Origin: Scyliorhinus canicula | Taxonomy: Eukaryota | Direction: 5' to 3' | NCBI RefSeq assembly: GCF_902713615.1 | Contig: NC_052158.1 | Coordinates: forward strand, 109,752,540 to 109,816,539 | Length of the DNA: 64,000 nucleotides | Shown: positions 1-11,594 of the stretch, in pieces | Layout: every line of letters begins with the position of its first letter | Numbering within the stretch: the stretch's first letter is position 1 | The notes under the pieces: generated by a model | Database searches by the model: none | What the model saw: only the letters and a program-made list of their open reading frames with translations | Told to the model about the DNA's origin: nothing | Translations under genes and position numbers: made by a program

Positions 1-331
1 CAGTCCAAAGACGTGCAGGTTAGGTGGATAGGACATGATAAATTGCCCTTAGTGTCCAAAAAGATTAGGACGGGTTATTGAAAATGAAAATCGCTTATTG
101 TCACGAGTAGGCTTCAATGAAGTTACTGTGAAAAGCCCCTAGTCGCCACATTCCGGTGCCTGTCTGGGGAGGCTGGTACGGGAATCGAACCGTGCTGCGA
201 TTTAGCCTTGTGAGCTAAACCAGCCCCTGGTTATTGGGTTATGGGGATAGGGTGGAAGTGAGGGCTTAAGTGGGTCGGTGCAGACTCGATGGGCCGAATG
301 GCCTCCTTCTGCACTGTATGTTCTATGTTCT
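1..331 (+). mobile_element. HE1-type V-SINE, 3' half with CR1-like tail (interrupted at 81-228)
   Basis: V-domain end (cagtccaaagacgtgcaggttaggtgga) and tail gatgggccgaatggcctccttctgcactgtatgttctatgttctat. Confidence 0.85.
81..228 (-). mobile_element. Short tRNA-derived SINE with (tgacaataag...) tail, nested in HE1
   Basis: Reverse complement of the 5748-5930 family; TSD ggttattg at 73-80 and 229-236. Confidence 0.8.
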
Positions 332-344
332 ATCTCAAACTAGC

Positions 345-965
345 AGACTTTCTCAAGCAAGCACAACAGCGCCTATACATCCTCAGGAAACTAAGGAAAT
401 TTGTCATGTCCACATCGACTCTTACCAATTTTTACAGCTGTACCATAGAAAGCATCCTATCTGGCTGCATCACAGCCTGGAATGGCAACTGTTTGGTCCA
501 AGACTGTAAGAAACTACAGAGAGTCATGAACACTGCCCAGTCCATCACACAAAACTGCCTCCCATCCATTGATCTGTCTACACCTCCCGTTGCCTTGAGA
601 AAGTGGGCAGCATAATCAAAGACCCTTCCCACCTGGCTTATTCACTCTTCCAACTTTTTCCATCAGGCAGGAGATACAAAAGTCGGAGAACACACACTAA
701 CGGATTCAAAAACAGCTCCTTCCTCGCTGTTACCAGACTCCTAAACGACCCTCTAATGGACTGATCTGATCTCTTCACACATCTTCTCTACTGAGTAGTA
801 CTACACTCCAGTGTGCTTCACTCGATGCCTGTGTCTATGTATCATTGTGTATTTTATATTTTCCCAATGTATTTTCTTTTCATGTATGGAATGATCTGTC
901 TGAACTGTGTGCAGAACAATACTTTTCACTGTACCTTGGTACACGTGACAATAAACAAATCCAAT
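345..965 (+). mobile_element. Rex1/Babar-clade LINE 3' end (decayed)
   Basis: KQAQQRLYILRKLRKF..TLTNFY.CTIESILSGCITAW.GNC is the typical Rex1/Babar RT C-terminus; 3' UTR ends cacgtgacaataaa. Confidence 0.8.
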
Positions 966-1246
966 TCCACAATCTTTAGCATCGGTTATGACGACTTTGG
1001 GAGAATTGCGCTAGTTAAAAAATGCAATTGTGGAAAAGCTACAGGCCAAACGGTTATCCCCCATTAAAGCTTGCAAAAAAGTTAAATCGCAGGAAAGCTA
1101 TTGTATGAGTGATAGTGTGGGTGAGACGAGGAGTGAAATGTTTTCTTTTTAACCTCTGGGGCAAGTGTGCGATAATAATAAAACTTCTTTATTTTTAAAT
1201 TCACAAAAAAGCTTGATGTTGGAGTGATTTAAATTGGGACAATCTT

Positions 1247-1782
1247 TGTGAGGGTAAGAAAATATAGACCTCACAAACAAAACACACTGATCACAGATGT
1301 TAAGAAAGCATACATTTTATCCATGATAAAACCATACTAACAGCTTTCCTGCGATTTAACTTTTTCAAGGTATGGTTGTTTACCTTGACTTCTTAGTTGA
1401 CTTGTAGCTTGTTTGATGGCTTTCTGATATATCTCTGTCTCCAAGTAGCTTCTTGCTGTTATCTTAAACACAGACCACAAAATGGCATCCTCTGAACTTA
1501 TACAAGTTCAAATTCCTTTTTCCAAAAAGGGGTGGTGTGTATTGATTACACCTCTCAGGCTGGATGGGAGACCATCAATAGACAGTGGCAGGTCGATGGG
1601 AATCCATTCACATTCATCTAATGTACATTGAGTTATGATGGTTCTTTAGTCCATTTTCAAACAGAAAGATGAGTCAGGTGGAATTTGTGGCTTTTCTGGA
1701 TGGCTGTGATTAGGATTCTGCCCGGACCTCACATGATTTGGCCATTTTCAAAGTATTGACTGAAAGTTCATAATACACAACA
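1247..1782 (-). mobile_element. Possible solo LTR
   Basis: TG...CA ends (tgtgagg...cacaaca) and LTR-like composition; no TSD found. Confidence 0.3.
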
Positions 1783-1809
1783 CCTGATTTAAGTGAGATA
1801 ATTAAAAAT

Positions 1810-2168
1810 TCGCTCATCGGAAATGGGGGTCACTGGCTGGGCCAGCTTTTATTGCGCATCCCTAATTGCCTTTGAACTGAGTTGCCAGGCCATTTCAGAG
1901 GGCATTTAAAAGTCAACTACATTGCTGTGGATCTGGAGTTATGTTGGGCAGACCCGGTAAGGATGGCAGATTTCCTTCCCTGGAGGGCATTAGTGAAGCA
2001 GATGGGTATTTATGACAATCAGCAATGGTCATCATTAGACTTTTAATTCCAGATTTGTCAAATTCAAATTTCACCGACTGATGTGGTGGGATTCAAACCT
2101 GGGTCTCCAGCGCATTACGCTGAGTCTCGGGATTAGTAGTTCAGTGACAATAACGCTACACCACCGCT
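1810..2168 (-). mobile_element. tRNA-derived SINE with CR1-group LINE tail
   Basis: Minus strand has a tRNA-like head with B-box (ggtttgaatcc) and a ggcaattagggatgcgcaataaa tail resembling the end of the LINE at 50295. Confidence 0.7.
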
Positions 2169-2199
2169 TTCTCCAAGACGTTAGCAAGAATAATTGTTT

Positions 2200-2920
2200 T
2201 ATTATTATGGAAATACAGGTTGTATTGATTGAGCAAAGTGAATTTGAACATAATTCTTGCTCCCTATGTTCACATGCCGCGGAGGAACACAGCGTAATGA
2301 TTTGTACCTGACCTCATTTCAACAAATGGTCCACCTTCAGAGAGATTATTGAAGCACACAAGCACACAATTCAAGCCATAGGTGATACAATTGTACATCC
2401 ATGAGGTTTGTTATTGTACAGTTAGAGAGTGGACAGTAAGGACATGCCTTTAGCTGGAAGACAGTCGGGTCATTAATGGCAGTGACCAGCACCACAATAT
2501 TTCAGAGAATAGCTAAAACAATATCCTCAACTTGTCACAAGAACCCATGGAGCACATGAGTAAATTCAATACTTTTCATCCAAAGATCATTACTGTTAGG
2601 ATTGATTATTTTTTAGGGGGAAGAGTATTGGAAACAAAATACTGGAATTGTTGATCGGGAATTAACGATATAAAGTCTGTGACCTCTGAGTCATTCCTTC
2701 CAGAGAACTATTCCATTATATCTGGCAATCCTGGGGCTCCTACCATTTACAATTCTTTTTGTATTTCCAACAAGACACTCATCTCAGGACTGTGTTGAAG
2801 CAAGCTACAGGCTCTGCGCCCGGGCCGTCTCTGATGATGGAAAGAGCTAGCACCAAATACAGATCAGGGCAATGATTTTCCTGTACTGTCTAACGTGGCA
2901 GTAATGGTGAGCAGGATAGG
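2200..2920 (-). pseudogene. Possible very decayed Harbinger transposase remnant
   Basis: Only faint, ordered peptide resemblances (FGASSFH vs FYASGSFQ; PGLPDI vs AGFP.V); many stops. Confidence 0.2.
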
Positions 2921-4156
2921 AAAAAAATCACAGGAGTGTAAAGGTCAGTTTTCCATTGGTGTGTCTCTTGACGTTGAGCACCATGGATTTCACAGGCAGA
3001 GCCATGTCAGAATTCCATTTGAAAACATTAGAATTTCGTGAATCCTCATTATCAAGGCAGCTCGCCAAAATCACATCCACACACAGGATTGAAAGGCCAT
3101 TCTGGCAACTCATTAGGTCAGTGTGGTTCATGTTTGGATGTAAGCGCTGGTGAACTGCATGCCTGCGTGACTTCAAGGTCTGGTCATCTCCAGCTTGTGT
3201 GACGCTGCACTTTCAGTTCCTCTGATTCCATGCCAGGCAGAGCAGGCAACAGCACATTGATTTCAGGATGGTTTCACAAACAAGAGGGGCTGGTAGCGGT
3301 GATTAGAAGGGGCTGGGGGAATGAGAGAGAGAGAGAACGACAAAGGCAAGAAAAGGAACTGGGGGGGAAAGGGTTGATTTGGTGTGTGTGTGGGCAGTGC
3401 GATGACTGGAAATGGGTGTACACAGACGAGTGACTGGTGGCAGGGGTGAGGGAAGGAGAAGGTTAGAGAACCGGGTTATGAAGCTTCAGTTCAGACAGCT
3501 GAGTTTGCAGACAGTCCTTGTCCCAATCCAGGGAAGGGAAGGGCAAGTCAGTCCAGTGTCTGTTGTATCCAGCATGGTGTACCCAGGCTCTCATTACCTC
3601 TAGCATGTCAGTCTAGGAGTTTTGGGCATTGTACTGAGACATAGATTAAACAATCATTGTCAGGGAGGCATCAGGTAGTGTAGGGGATGGACATTCGATG
3701 GTTAAATAGGAGGTGGGGGGTACAGTAGACCTCAAGATGGATAGGGGGGTACAGTAGGCCTCAAATGTGGAGGGATAAAGTCAACAATGGGGCATAGGAA
3801 CATCCACCTCAAATGTCTCAGGGCAACAGTGATATCAACCTCAATTACCATGGGATCGACTTAGAGTTTTTGGAGGGAGGGAAATCTGCAACATTATGCT
3901 CCTCCAGGACAATGAGAGGGATTTGTGTAGTCAATTAGGAAAGGTTGAAGCTGGCCTGGTAAAAGAATCTGAGGACCACCATCTTGGAACCTGTCAGTAT
4001 GTCGCAGTCAGAAAATGAAACTAAGAAGCAATGTTGCTATGGAGGGTTCTGAAGGTGTCTGGGCGGAGTGGCTCACTGCTCTGGGGGCCGATTCAAGGGG
4101 CACCCATCTGAAGTCTGTATTTCCAAACGAGGAGGATTGTACAGCTGAGGAATGTT

Positions 4157-4374
4157 TTTTTAAAAATAAATTTAGAGTACCCAATTCATTTTTTCTAATG
4201 AAGGGGCAATTTGAGCATGGCCAATCCACCTACTTTGGGTTGTGGGGATGAAACCCATGCAAACACGGGGAGAATGTGCAAACACCACACAGACAGTGAC
4301 CCAGAGCCAGGATTCAACCTGGAACCTCAGCACCTTGAGGCAGCTGTGCTAACCATTGCACCATCGTGCTGCCC
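4157..4374 (-). mobile_element. A-tailed V-SINE
   Basis: Matches family; TSD taca(g/a)ctgaggaatgtt. Confidence 0.9.
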
Positions 4375-4412
4375 TACAACTGAGGAATGTTAAGAGCAGT
4401 TCAGTAAATATT

Positions 4413-4627
4413 ATTTTTTATTCTTTAAAAAAAAAATTTAGAGTACCCAATTCATTTTTTCCAATTAAGGGGCAATTTAGTGTGGCCGATCCACCTAAAC
4501 TGCACATCTTTTGAGGCGAAACCCACGCAAACATGGGGAGAATGTGCAAACACCACACGGACAGTGACCCAGAGCCAGGATCGAACCGTGAGGCAGCAAA
4601 TCTAACCACTGAGCCACCATGCTGCCC
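4413..4627 (-). mobile_element. A-tailed V-SINE
   Basis: Matches family; TSD cagttcagtaa. Confidence 0.9.
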
Positions 4628-5501
4628 ACACAGTTCAGTAATTATTGAGGCAACCTTGAGCCTTAAATATTAGTGTGTTTACACAAGGTTAATGCAGATT
4701 AGTTCCAATCATTGATCTGCCTTAAAACTGAGTCCACAGTCTCCTCATATGACGAAGACACAGTAGAATTGTGGCCTCTAGCAGTCCTCCGAGTGCTGCT
4801 GAGCTTGGATGTCACTACCCCACCTGCTACGTATCAGAATCTGTGCTGTGCTGTCCTCCCCCGATTTTGACACGGAGTCTGCTCTAGGTCTAAATCTCAT
4901 CCCATCCCACCCCAAACATAGGTTTGTATGTAATCTAGCAGTTTACTTACATTTGTTGGCTCAAATCAGTTCCTCCTATCGGCCGACTTTGGGCTACTTC
5001 ATAAATAGGGGAGTTATGAATAGAGCTGAATACTCTGGAATTACCAGGCCGACTACAATAAAAACCTGCTCACTACTAGCCACACTCATCAGTCAGTTTG
5101 AGTTCCTCCAGCATCACAAATCTGCAGATCCTGTCACCATCTTGATCCATACAAGGAAACAAGTACTAAAAGCTGAATAATAATAATAACAATAATAAGG
5201 AGGTATGTGTGTACATGCCCTTAATATTAAGGCATATTTTGATTGAATAAGGCACCAAGGAGCACTAGCAAAACTGAGTTTGCGAAGCGGCAATAGGAAA
5301 ACCTTAGAGTGACTTCATGGCCAACAAAAGGAAGATAGTTGGTGTGTTTCTTCCAGAAGCAATAGACCTAACACGAGCTGCCCTCTCTCTTCCCATATCC
5401 CTTATTCCTCTTCCTGTGATTACTTACCTAAGCTTTATCTTTTAAGAATGTTAGAAAGATGGTTGAACAAAGGTGAGGAAATTTTTAAAACTGCAATTGC
5501 A

Positions 5502-5730
5502 GGGCAGCATGGTGGCGCAGTGGGTTAGCCTTGCTGCCTCACAGCGCCGAGGTCCCAGGTTCGATCCCGGCTCTGGGTCACTGTCCATGTGGAGTTTGCA
5601 CATTCTCCCCGTGTTTGCGTGGGTTTTGCCCCCACAACCCAAAGATGTGCAGAGGGTAGGTGGATTGGCCACGCTAAATTGCGCCATAATTGGAAAAAAT
5701 GAATTTGGTACTCTAAATTTCTATTAAAAA
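5502..5730 (+). mobile_element. A-tailed V-SINE, full length
   Basis: gggcagca head with A-box (tggcgcagtgg) and B-box (ggttcgatcc), V-domain, A-rich tail. Confidence 0.9.
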
Positions 5731-5747
5731 TACTGTAATTGCTGTAT

Positions 5748-5930
5748 GGGGCTGTTTAGCACAGGGCTAGATCACTGGCTTTGAAAGCAGACCAAGGCAG
5801 GCCAGCAGCATGGTTCAGTTCCCGTAACAGCCTCCCTGAACAGGCGCCGGAATGTGGCGACTAGGGGCTTTTCACATTAACTTCATTTGAAACCTACTTG
5901 TGACAATAAGCGATTTGCATTTCATTTTTT
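5748..5930 (+). mobile_element. Short tRNA-derived SINE with (cttgtgacaataag) tail
   Basis: ggggctgtttagcacagggcta head; tail shared with 12806 and 14891 elements. Confidence 0.8.
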
Positions 5931-6057
5931 AGTTAAAACAGAAAGGTTTCCGGCCTGCAAACATGGGTACTCGAGAGAATGTTTACGACCAGCACACACT
6001 CGGGTACCGAAGGAAATGGCCAACAATGGACTTACAATATTCCAATCAGATGCTGTC

Positions 6058-6228
6058 AGAGCTAGCACACTGGGCTAAATAGCTGGCTTGAAATGCAGAA
6101 CAAGGCAGCAGCACAGGTTCAATTCCCGTACCAGCCTCCCCGAACAGCTGCTGGAATGTGGTGACTAGGGACATTTCACAGTAACTTTCATTGAAGCCTA
6201 CTTGTGACAATGAGTTCTTCTTATTCTT
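6058..6228 (+). mobile_element. Short tRNA-derived SINE (same family as 5748)
   Basis: B-box ggttcaattcc; same body and tail. Confidence 0.8.
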
Positions 6229-6234
6229 AACAAG

Positions 6235-6932
6235 GATGCTGGAAGAAAGGCCACAGGTATTTAGAGGGACTTTGGTGTATATATGCATAAGTCAGTGAAA
6301 GCTATACAGGTTGAGAGCACCGTTAAAGCATGCAGTATCCTTGGAATACAAGAGCAAGGACATTATGTTGAACTTGTACAGGACACCCGTTCAACCTCAA
6401 CTGGATTTTGGCCACCAAACTTTGGAAAGGTTTGAAGGAATTGAGGGAATTCAGAAAATATTCACGAGAATGGTTCCAGGGATGAGGAACTTCAGTCATA
6501 AGGATTGATTGAAGAAGTTGGGACTGTTTTCCTTGGAGAAAAGAAGGCTGAGAGGAGATTTGATAGAGACATTCAGCATCATGAGGGGTCTAGGCAGATT
6601 AGATTAGATCTTGAAGATTAGATCTCTCGTGAAAGGATCGAAAATGAGTGGGCACATCTATTTAAAGCAAAAGCGGCACGAGGAAAATCTTTTTCATTGC
6701 ATTGAGTGGTTAAGCTCTAGTATGCACTGTCTGAGAGTGTGGTGGAGGCAGATTAATTGAAGCATTCAATAGGGAATCAGACAGTTATCTAAAAAGGAAT
6801 TAGACAGTTATCTAAAAAGGAATCACTGGGAGAAAGCAGGAGAATGGTACTCATTTGCCCATTTGGAGAGCTGGAGCAGAGACAATTGGCTGAATGGCCT
6901 CTTTTTGTACTGGAACATTTCTGTGATTCTGT
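6235..6932 (+). mobile_element. CR1 LINE 3' fragment (decayed)
   Basis: EYKSKDIMLNLYRT..IQKIFTRMVPGMR; CR1-type 3' UTR and tail. Confidence 0.8.
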
Positions 6933-8185
6933 GACTTTACTGGAGACTTGTTTTTTTCTCCTCCAGCACACTCCACCTCCACAGATTGATAGTCACCTAA
7001 ACATATGTTTAGAATCCCAAATGCCTCTTCTGATTGAATAGCAACAAATAGTTAATGGAAACCTTCCCCTTTTTGAGAAATTAAAATCAGTGGAAGCATT
7101 GTCAAGCCTGACGTCTTACTGTACCCTCAGAGGAACAATAACATGATAACAAAACCAGCCCAGAGGGGAATACTTCTCCAATGTTCTCACTTTCAGTATG
7201 TTGAACTGTAAAACTGTACGTGCAAGATCAAAAAGTCAGAATGTGTGAAGCATGTATCGTGTGAAGAACTTTGAGAAGTTTTACTATGTTAAAGGTACTG
7301 TATAAATGCATGTTGCTGTTGTTATCTCTGTTGTTATGAAAATAATTTTGATTCCTGGGTGTGAACATTTGACCTTCAAGCAATAAGTGAGTGATCAGAT
7401 GGCTCCAGAGCATGCCTGAAACCTGCAACTTTGGGAACAATTTATACTGGACATGGTGATGTGATCTTTGCACTATTTGTTCTAACTAAAGCAATGATTC
7501 CATGTGATACATAGATGATTTAGTAGTCTCTGCATTATTTGTTCCAGAGCTTTGGAAATGGTTATGTCAGATCCCATGCTGTTTGTAGTGGCATTATGTA
7601 ATGACAATTATGGTCATTATTAGGTTCAAGGCAGTCAAGGTTTTCAAAAAGTCGAGAATAATCTACCAGTTTTACATCTTTTCTACATAATTTCAGGTGC
7701 TCAGACTAATTGTGAAAGTTAATTTTGGCCTGAAGTACCTTGACTGCATCTGCCAAGTTACTCTGTCTTTGTAAATAGGCATGATCTGTCTTTTGTCAGG
7801 AAGGAAACACTCACAATATATTGTGGTAAAGTACTGTTTTTGCAGGGACAATAAAAGGTCCATCCAGCAACTGGATTCTTTACTCGGTGATTACTGAAAT
7901 TGCCAATAAATGTTCAGTTAACATCTATGAACACTGATTTGCAGTGACTTGTATACCATTCATTGTTTGAAAGTAAGGTGCAGCAAAGGCAACTAATCAG
8001 GGGTGATTTCTGTAGTAATGAGGCCTGCGTGAACCATTAAAGAACAAGTTCTTTTGATTGATAATCTATACTTTAAAAAAAAATCCTGCTGGTATTAGAT
8101 TCTTTGCAGGCTTTCAGATCTGACTTGATTTACAATACACATGTGATTGTAAAATGAGGGAAAATAAAAAATATTTTTTATTCGA

Positions 8186-8440
8186 GACAGCTTTGGAGGT
8201 GTTTGCGGGTGGGGGAGGAAGGTTGGGGACTGGACCTGGAAATTATTTTTAAAAAAATTTAGAGTACCCAATTTTTTTCCAATATAGCGTGGCCAATCCA
8301 CCTACCCTGCACATCTTTGGGTTGTGGGCGAAACCCAGGCAAACATGGGGAGAATGTGCAAACTCCACATGGCCAGTGATCCAGAGCCGGGATCGAACCC
8401 GGGACCTCAGCGCCGTGAATCAGCAGTGCTAACCACTGCT
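8186..8440 (-). mobile_element. A-tailed V-SINE
   Basis: Matches family; TSD tggac(c/t)tggaaatt. Confidence 0.9.
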
Positions 8441-8813
8441 GTCCTGGACTTGGAAATTCTGAATGTCGGTATGGGTTGGCTCCCGCCTCTACGCACTTAT
8501 CCTGGAAGCAGAGTCCCAGCGGCGGTGACAGGAGTCCCAGTGGCAGTGACAGGTAGCCAATGAAGGTATTTAAAAGGGCAATTAGCCATTATTCCAGCAA
8601 TTACATTTTATGATTGGCACATGGGCTGTTCCACTCTGGCAAGTGCCTGACAATGGTTTGGAGGTGGCTTCATGGCCAGGGGTCCATCAAATGATCTTGC
8701 AGATTCATATATAAAGAAGAAAGGTTGCATGTTATACATCTGCAGACAGTTGGAACCACTTTACCTGCACACTGATCCCCGAGGTCATCATATTTATAGG
8801 ATGTAATTTAGCA

Positions 8814-9050
8814 GGGCAGCATGGCGGCACAGTGGTTAGCACTGCTGCCTCACGGCGCCGAGGTCCCAGGTTCGATCCCGGCTCTGGGTCACGGTCCGTG
8901 TGGAGTTTGCACATTCTCCCCATGCTTGTGTGGGTTTCGCCCCCACAACCCAAAGATGAGCAGGATAGGTGGATTGGCCAGACTAAATTGCCCCTTAATT
9001 GGAAAAAATGAATTGGGTACTCTAAATTTATTTAAAAAAATGAAAACAAA
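8814..9050 (+). mobile_element. A-tailed V-SINE
   Basis: Matches family; TSD atgtaatttag. Confidence 0.9.
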
Positions 9051-9711
9051 TATGTAATTTAGGCCTTTAGGTAACATCTCCATCTTGGGGCACTCTCTCG
9101 CCCTTGTCTGCCTCAGCAGTTCTCACCATGTCCGTGGGACTGCAGTGGATCCTCCTGTCGCTCCTCCCACACTTGCAGGAGCAAGTAGTGAAGACAGGGA
9201 TAGCAGTGGAGAGTTCCCCCTTGGTGAGTGCATGACCCTCCAAGTTCTGCTCAGCTGGATGCTGATGTTGAGCCTTGGGGATGGGACTGTCAATGAAGTA
9301 GACTATTCTGGAAAGGCTGAGAAAAATGTGTGGTGTCCTATCAGTCTTTGGAGAAACACATTGGGAGAGAAATTGGACGACTCTGTCTCTAACATCCTCT
9401 CACAGTCCTTAATCACACCACAAGTGCGAAAGCAGCCTAATAATCGGCCTCCACCTGTAATGTTTAAGCCAGCAAGTGCACAACAGCAATGTCCGGATTG
9501 GAAATGGATCCATTGGCAGGTTCTGATGCGTGCAGGATGATTCAGCATTATATCTGCAATTTTCAGTTTTTAAATTATGCAAGATCACCTTCATGAGAAC
9601 CGAGATGATTATTTTCTCAACTTCAGTGGCGAAGTAATACTGTTTATAAAAAATGTAATCTAATTAAATATTCAAATGACATTTATTTCAAACGAAGGAA
9701 GAACCTCGGAT

Positions 9712-9845
9712 AAAAACAAATTACTGCAGATGCTTGAATCTGAAACCAAAGAGAAAACGCTGGAAAATCTCAGCAGCTCTGGCAGCACCTGTAGGGAGAG
9801 AAAGAGCTAACGTTTCGAGTCCAGGTGACCCTTTGTCAAAGCTGA
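9712..9845 (-). mobile_element. One arm of a Penelope-type terminal repeat
   Basis: Same sequence as the arms of the 60817-61283 palindrome; carries a hammerhead motif. Confidence 0.65.
9805..9843 (-). ncRNA. Minimal type I hammerhead ribozyme motif (U3:A8 variant)
   Basis: AGCU-UUGACAA-A-GGGUC-accug-GACUC-GAAAC-GUU-AGCU: stem I AGCU/AGCU, 5-bp stem II, GAAA, palindromic ACGU helix III, NUH = GUU. Confidence 0.6.
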
Positions 9846-10018
9846 ACCTATTTTTATTTACTCTTAAGGATGGTGTGATATTCCAGCAATGGACATCAAA
9901 GGGCTACATTGTCATTTCTGTTGAATTGACCAATCAGAGTGAGACTGGGTGCTGCAGTATTATCCACTGTTTCTCTTTGTCTTTGGCTGTTCCCATGTTA
10001 CACAAGATCATCAAATAC

Positions 10019-10242
10019 TTATTTTTTTCAAATTTAGAGTACCCAATTATTTTTTAATTAAGGGACAATTTAGCATGGCCAATCCATCTAATCTGCACAT
10101 CTTTGGGTTGTGGGGGTGAAACCCATGCAGACACGGGGAGAACGTGCAAACTCCACACAGACAGCGACCCAGGGCCAGGATTCGAACCCGGGTCCTCAGT
10201 GCCATAGGCAGCAATGCTAACCACTGTTCCATCATGCTGCCC
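10019..10242 (-). mobile_element. A-tailed V-SINE
   Basis: Matches family; exact TSD gatcatcaaatact. Confidence 0.9.
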
Positions 10243-10513
10243 AGGATCATCAAATACTGGTTGGCCACCCTTCTTCATCTCTATTCATATAAACTATAAT
10301 TTTGATTTTCACAGGGTGATTTTACAACACTGGAGGTTCTTCCCACCACAAACTCTCCCAATTTATATAGGCTACGCAGCAGTACCAATAACACTGGTTT
10401 GCCTGCACCAGGTGCTGGTTAATTCCCTGGCCAACAGTTCTGGATTGGGGTTTTGAAACTGGATCATTCTGGCTCTCAGACAGGTGATGCTACCACCTCA
10501 GCTACAAGCAGGG

Positions 10514-10703
10514 TGTGGTGTTTTAAAATAAGTCCAACAAACAGAGAGCTTTATTAGAAAGATATACACCATAGGCTGCTATGTTAAACTGGCCCGTTTG
10601 TCCTATGCAAATGGCAGATGATGCACGTGATTGGTCTCTTAGTGCCCCAGCTCCACTGCAAGGCTGTGAGGGGGGAACCTAGAAATACCATCCAGACACA
10701 ACA
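10514..10703 (-). mobile_element. 3' LTR of Gypsy element
   Basis: TG...CA ends, AATAAA on minus strand, adjacent polypurine tract (plus tttcctccccctt from 10704), downstream of the integrase remnant. Confidence 0.7.
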
Positions 10704-10739
10704 TTTCCTCCCCCTTTAAATCAAAGGTCTCTGACACAA

Positions 10740-10955
10740 TGGGTGGTATTTTCCGAAACCCCCCCCCCAGCCGCATGTTTCTCAGGTGAGGGAGGGTGGC
10801 ATGGCCGTTAGATGGCAGGAGGAATTCTCAGTTCCTGCCGCTGTCATGGGGATTCCCATGAAGCCACCCCACACTGCTGGGAAACCTGCGGGCAGGGCTA
10901 CCTGCCGGTGATACCAAAAATCCTGCCGCTATAGAATGGTCATCCAATTCCGGCC
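10740..10955. mobile_element. Short MITE-like element
   Basis: Similar to 23449-23950 and 60197-60395; imperfect terminal inverted repeats. Confidence 0.5.
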
Positions 10956-11113
10956 AATAACGAATAGCATTACCCATCAATCAACAACAACAGTTAATAC
11001 CTCAGATGCTTTGAAGGCTGTCGAAGGCTGTCATTCTCTGTCTGATTGTCGGTGAACCTCAGGCTTGTTGCAACCTCTGGTGTCTTTGGCTTGGTTTGGA
11101 TGTTGTCCATAGT

Positions 11114-11581
11114 ATTTTTTTTTTATTTGGAGCACCCAATTCATTTTTTCCAATTAAGGGGCAATTTAGCATGGCCAATCCACCTACCCTGCACATCTTT
11201 GGGTTGTGGAGCTGATGTACCATCAATTGGACTCGAGACACGATGAAGATCCAAACTGTGGCTTTAATCAGCTAGTTGTTAGCCCCGGTGGTCGACTACA
11301 GAGAAAGGCCGACTGCCGGGAACTCTGTTTACTTATACCCCCGCCTCGGAGGCGGGGTCTACTTGCCCCTCGACCATTGGTGAGCAGTCACATGACTAGT
11401 CCCAGCCAATCGGACGAGAGGCACATGACCAGCCCAGTGCCAATGGGAAACCAATGCTCTGCACCAAATATGGGGAGAATGTACAAACTCCACACGGAAC
11501 AGTGACCCAGAGCCAGGATCGAACCTGGGACCTCAGCGCCGTGAGGCTGCAGGGCTAACCCACTGCGCCACCGTGCTGCCT
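11114..11581 (-). mobile_element. A-tailed V-SINE interrupted by an LTR
   Basis: Two SINE halves; TSD tgtcc(a/g)tagtatt. Confidence 0.85.
11213..11466 (-). mobile_element. LTR related to the 34449 solo LTR
   Basis: Minus strand ends attaaagccacagtttggatcttcatcgtgtctcgagtccaattgatggtacatca, near-identical to the 3' end of 34449-34731. Confidence 0.75.
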
Positions 11582-11594
11582 CTGTCCGTAGTAT

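Noticed and set aside
5502-5580. tRNA genes
   Set aside because: A/B boxes here and elsewhere belong to SINE heads that run into SINE bodies; no complete cloverleaf.
9085-9540. 151-aa ORF as a host exon
   Set aside because: No recognisable domain or convincing splice sites; probably decayed transposon sequence.
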